DNA of 64,000 nt from Asterias rubens. Its lineage: Eukaryota. The DNA lies in the NCBI RefSeq assembly GCF_902459465.1, contig NC_047074.1, forward strand, positions 7,316,001 through 7,380,000, read 5' to 3'. The position numbers and the translations under genes were made by a program. Positions 59,206 to 64,000 of the stretch are shown here, piece by piece. Position 1 is the stretch's first letter, and every line of letters begins with the position of its first letter. A model generated the notes under the pieces. The model saw nothing but the letters and a program-made list of their open reading frames with translations. It searched no databases and was not told the DNA's origin.

Positions 59206-59617
59206 TGTTGTGCGATTGCTTTAATAACAATAAAAAGAGGCTGTCAACCAGTTAAAAGCAATGAACAATGTTTTTTAACTTTAAAAATGAGGCACATTTT
59301 TGGTGGATATTTTGTTTTCACAATCCCCCCCCCCCCCAAAAACAAAAAATAGAAAAAGAAAAGAAAATAAATTGTGCAAATGGCTTCCACGAATGATTCG
59401 AGCGACTGTACTGCCCCCATCCACAGGAATCAGCAGTAAAAGAACTCATTAATCTTCAGAGAACTAGTCACGCTTTAAGCTGTTACACAAGAACGACACA
59501 ATTGGCTTAAGAATACAATTAAGAAAGAGACTATTACATCCAAGAAGAACCACAGGCAACAAACGCAATTAAATTACCACTTTGTGTTGAAACCGCATTT
59601 GCGTCAGGGATTTTACT

Positions 59618-59992
59618 TTAAAGCCATTGGAAACTTTCGGAACATAGTTTTTTTTTTACAGTTCACATATTTACGAATAACTTACAGGGTTTACAGAAGG
59701 TAATGGTGAAAGACTTCTCTTACAAATATTATTCCATGAAATGCTTTACTTTTTGAGAAAACATTAAAACATTACCAATTCTCGATATCGTGAATTACAG
59801 ATTTATTTTAAACACATGTCATGACACGGCGAACATGCGGAAACAAGGGTGGGTTTTCCCGTTATTTTCTCCAGACTCTGATGACCAATTTAGCCTAAAT
59901 TTTCACAGATTTGTTATTTTATATATAAGTTGTGATACACGAAGTGTGGGCCTTGGACAATACTGTTTACTGAAAGTGTCCAATGGCTTTAA
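59618..59992. mobile_element. Kolobok-type MITE family D
   Basis: TTAA-AGCCATTGGAAACTTTC...GAAAGTGTCCAATGGCT-TTAA. Confidence 0.85.
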
Positions 59993-60220
59993 AGAAACAC
60001 TACAAACTGGACTTGGGGAACAGAATATTCATTTATTGGTGATGGTTTAAGGCACATATCAAAACCAACCTACAGGTATTTGGGGTACTTAAACTACAAT
60101 CTTCTCTTTTTCTCAGAAAAACAGATGCCTGTATTTTGCCAAAACTTGCCTGTAAACATTTATGAAAAAACATTTTTAAAAACATGTTTTTACAATTGAC
60201 CAAAACAAATGCCTTTCTGT

Positions 60221-60599
60221 TATAGACTCTGGACACTGTTGGCAATTGTCAAAGCCTAGTCTTCACAGTTGGTGTATCTCAACATATGCATAGAATAAAT
60301 AAAAAATTTAGCTCAATCGGACGTCGAAGTTGCGAGATATTAATGAAAGAAAAAAACACCCTTGTCACACGAGGTTGTGTGTTTTCAGATGTTTGATTTC
60401 GAGACCTCAAATTCTAAATCTGATCGGTCTCGAAATCAAATTCGTGGAAAATTATTTTTTCTCGAAAACTACATTACTTCAGAGGGAGCCATTTCTCACA
60501 ATGTTTTATACTGTCAACCTCTCCCCATAACTTGTTACCAAGTAAGATTTATGTTAATAATTATTTTGAGTAGTTACCAATAGTTTCCAGTGCCCTTAA
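60221..60599. mobile_element. Kolobok-type MITE family A
   Basis: Family A body, degenerate left end, right end TTAA. Confidence 0.85.
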
Positions 60600-60737
60600 G
60601 TTAACAAGTTTGTACATCAAAGCTTCTGTAGTTAAGTTCTTCAGAAACTGTTTCAATTGCTTTTGTTCAACTTCTGGATACACAAACAACCTGTGGATAA
60701 TCAAAGCGAATCACACAATTATGTTGGTCTGTGACCA

Positions 60738-60910
60738 GGGATCGATTTCACAAAGAGTTAGGACTTGTCCTATCTCGAGATAGGACGAGTAACTCGCATC
60801 TTAACTTAGAATTAATCTTAAGGTCCGCATGCTACAGTGCGGGTTTGGGACTCGTCCTAAGTTCTAAGATTATAGTCTTCAGTTAGGAAGAGTTTTGTGA
60901 AATTGACGGC
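60738..60910. mobile_element. Harbinger-like MITE (related degraded copies at 24855-24976 and about 21830-21935)
   Basis: GGGATCGATTTCACAAAGAG / GAGTTTTGTGAAATTGAC ends. Internal TAGGAC/GTCCTA repeats are shared with the other copies. Confidence 0.55.
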
Positions 60911-61468
60911 AGTCTCTTCAACACAAGAAAAGTTAATCAGATGCGGGGAACCAGACCAAAATAACATCAGCAGCTCTCCAATACAAGTCTAACATTTTAA
61001 CAAAGGTTAACCAAAGTGAAGCCACTGTGATCGGATGACCTATTTCCCCTTTAATCATTTTGCCACATCTAAACATGGTAAGCATCTTACATATATCTGA
61101 GGTGGTGACCTATTTAAAAAGTCATGTTTCTGTCAGAGTTGGGGTAAAGGAACCCCTTTTGATTGGATCGAAAGGCAAAGTCCAGGATGACTTCTCATTG
61201 CAAAAATCACTTCAGGGGAGAGTAACGTTTTATTGAAAAGGGCAAGGTTTTTGTCTCCAGACTATATCCCTGTTCTTTCTTGTATGCACCGTCCCCCAAC
61301 CCTAGGAGTAATGTGATATCCAGTTGTTGATTCCAGGGACGGCAATGCCATCTTCTCAAGTTCCAAAAAGCAGCGTTTGGGTTTCAAAAAAGTGTTTTTG
61401 TTTTCTTCCCCTTTTCAAAGAAAATTAAGTGACCCGTTTGGCTGGGCTCATGTGTTTTTACCTTTTAA

Positions 61469-61779
61469 TTAAAGGCACTGGACACTATTGGTAATTACTC
61501 AAAATAATTGTCAGCATACAAAACTTACTTGGTAATAAGCAATGGAGAGCTGTTGATAGTATAAAACATTGTGAGAAATGGCTCCCTCTGAAGTAATGTA
61601 GGTTTTGAGAAAGAAGTAGTTTCTCACTCAAATATTTGAGGTCTCAAATTCAATGCATCTAAAGGCTTACAACTGGTGGGACAAGGGTGTTTCTTCTTTT
61701 ATTATACTCTCACAACTTCGACGACCAATTGAGTTAAAATTTTCACAGGTTTGTATGCATATGTTGAGATACACCAAGT
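61469..61779. mobile_element. Kolobok-type MITE family A, right end truncated
   Basis: TTAA-AGGCACTGGACAC start. Homology stops after GATACACCAAG. Confidence 0.85.
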
Positions 61780-62274
61780 TTTGCACAGCAAGAAAAACAC
61801 AACAACCCATATTAAGACAAGGTGGTTAATATCACCGAATCCAGGGCATAGTCTCTACAAAAGACCCCCCCCCCTTAGCTCAGTGTATGCATGGAGCTAT
61901 AAAAAACAATCAGACCTCTTTTAGACCATGGAGGAAGGAATTGTGTCTGTTCCTCGTTGCAGCTTAATTGTGTTCATCATCTGGGAGCTGATGAGAGACA
62001 CATGCGTGTCTAGTCCTAATAATGGGGGCAATGTCACTCATAAAAATATAGGAAACAGACATAATGGAGAATGGAACCAGACCAGCGTATAAAAAAACAG
62101 AATTAGGGCAATAATATTAGCATTGCTGGACTGGTCTGAAGACAGCATGATATGATGCCGACAGCTACTCTAGTAAATTGCTAATAGTAAGGCTATAGAG
62201 AATGAAGAACAGGGAAAATGGGTCTAGTGAACATTTTTGGGGAAAGAATTATGTTAAACAGCTACTTCAGTGAC

Positions 62275-62828
62275 TTAAAGTCACCTGGAAGTGGTATTTT
62301 TTTCAAAAGAAAGCTTTTGTCACTAATATATGTGTTTTGATGAGTGGAATGTGAATAAACAGTTAACTAAGGTTCAAAAAAATAAGTTCTTATGTTATTT
62401 ACAAATTTAAGAGTAGACCTGACCCGAGAAGGCGCTGTTCGTGACGTCAATCGAGGCAGACTTTGCCTGTAATGCGTAGAGTAAACACAATTGCAAAGTA
62501 CATGTACGGACCACGTCGTGAGTTTGTACGTTTCAATGCCGACCAGGTGTATTGCTGCTGCATGCAGAAAAAAACTTTTTGAAATGTACCAACTCACGAC
62601 TTGGACGTACATGTACTTTGCACGTGTGTTTACTATACGCATTGCAGGCAAAGTATGCCTCGATTGACGTCACAAAAGGGGTAGGCGGAGTCAGCCTCCC
62701 AAACAACTTTATATATTTTTTAAACATAGAAATCGTGACAAAATATTATTAAAAAAATTGTTTTATTGTTCGTAAGCATATATTCTTACGTTTGAAAGAA
62801 AAAGAATTCTATTTCCAGGTGACTTTAA
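62275..62828. mobile_element. Kolobok-type MITE family E with internal 95-bp inverted repeat
   Basis: TTAA-AGTCACCTGGAA...TTCCAGGTGACT-TTAA. Confidence 0.85.
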
Positions 62829-62857
62829 ACTTGTTTATAGTGTGTTTGTTTATCATT

Positions 62858-63244
62858 TTAAAGGCAGTGGACACTATTGGTAATTACTCTAAATAAGTAT
62901 TAGCATAAAACTTCACTTGGTAGTGAGTAATGGGGAGAGGTTTGATGGTATAAAACATTGTGAGAAACGGCTTCCTCTGAAGTGCCATAGTTTTCGAGAA
63001 AGAAGTAATTTTCCCTGAATTTGATTTCGAGACCTCAGATTTAGAACTTGAAGTCTCGAAATCAACCATCTAAACGCACACAACTTCGTGTGACAAGGGT
63101 TATTTTTCTTTCATTATTATCTCGCAACTTTGATGACCGATTGAGCTCAAATTTTCACAGGTTTGTTATTTTATGCATATGTTGAGATACACCAACCGTG
63201 AAGGCTAGTCTTTGACAATTACCAATAGTGTCCACTGCCTTTAA
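62858..63244. mobile_element. Kolobok-type MITE family A, complete
   Basis: Perfect TIRs AGGCAGTGGACACTATTGGTAATT with TTAA TSDs. Confidence 0.92.
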
Positions 63245-64000
63245 TATGATTTTTATGTTTGTACGCTTCTGAATATTTGGGAATTATCAATCAGGAAAAA
63301 TTGCCCAACCTGAAGGCTTATAATAAAACAAAAAAACGACAATCATTCCGTTGACATTGACGTCAGACATAAAAAATGACAATACACTTTGGGTCATTTT
63401 GTGGGATGTTTCTTTGTTATACATGTACTTGAGTTTTTTGAGAATTGAGAACACAATTTCACGAAAATACGTTTTACATGCTAAAACAATTTTCGTCTTT
63501 AGAGATTGTTTTACTTATTTCTAAAAAACTTACAGCACCTCTATCAGCAAGTAATGTTTTAAAGGAAGCTTTCTACTATCATTATCTTCAAACTGTGTAG
63601 TTTAACGAAAGCTGATTGTGATTTGTGACATTGTTTTTTGTGTTACAGAAAGTACCAAGACCCTTCAACCAATAAAGAAAATTGACTTGTAGTCGCCTTT
63701 AACATTTGATTTTTAGGATGAGGGAGGGGGAAAACACCATCAAGAGCTTTGTATGTTTGAGACGTCTCTGGCCAGACTGATTTCCCTTAATAGATCAATG
63801 AGAAAACCAGTGCTAAATCTCTCACAGTAACACAGTACCCAACCAAGCTGAAAATCTAATATAGCATTGCCTCAGCAGATCATATACACACAACACAACT
63901 AAGTGAAATTACCCGCCGTCTCCTAACCCCAACATCTTTCCACCGTTATTAACCGATAAAATGACACAATTGTGTTGATGTAACTTTATTAAATAAATCC

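Overview
AT-rich animal genomic DNA, mostly intronic, with no prokaryotic features. The host is probably an invertebrate, and an echinoderm is a guess based on the repeat types. The only host coding sequence I can support is the first coding exon of a muscleblind-like (mbnl) gene on the minus strand: exon about 35177-34130, CDS 34291-34130, encoding CCCH zinc finger 1 and the start of finger 2. I did not find the next coding exon, so 1-34129 is probably part of one very large intron. A TATA/GC-box/ETS cluster near 56.6 kb is a candidate promoter. Repeats include: a 4-kb DIRS tyrosine-recombinase retrotransposon with intact ITRs and ICR but no RT/RNase H; about 24 TTAA-flanked Kolobok-type MITE copies or fragments in 5 families; Harbinger-like and hAT-like MITEs; tRNA-derived SINEs; L2-type LINE tails; and three decayed Penelope-type hammerhead ribozyme motifs. 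The most interesting signal is a candidate mbnl self-regulation module. It consists of a circMbl-like exon bracketed by inverted MITE pairs, a six-unit CCUG/UGCY tract inside that exon, and one or two candidate poison exons. All of this is read by eye from sequence and needs RNA evidence. Almost all ORFs in the supplied track are spurious.
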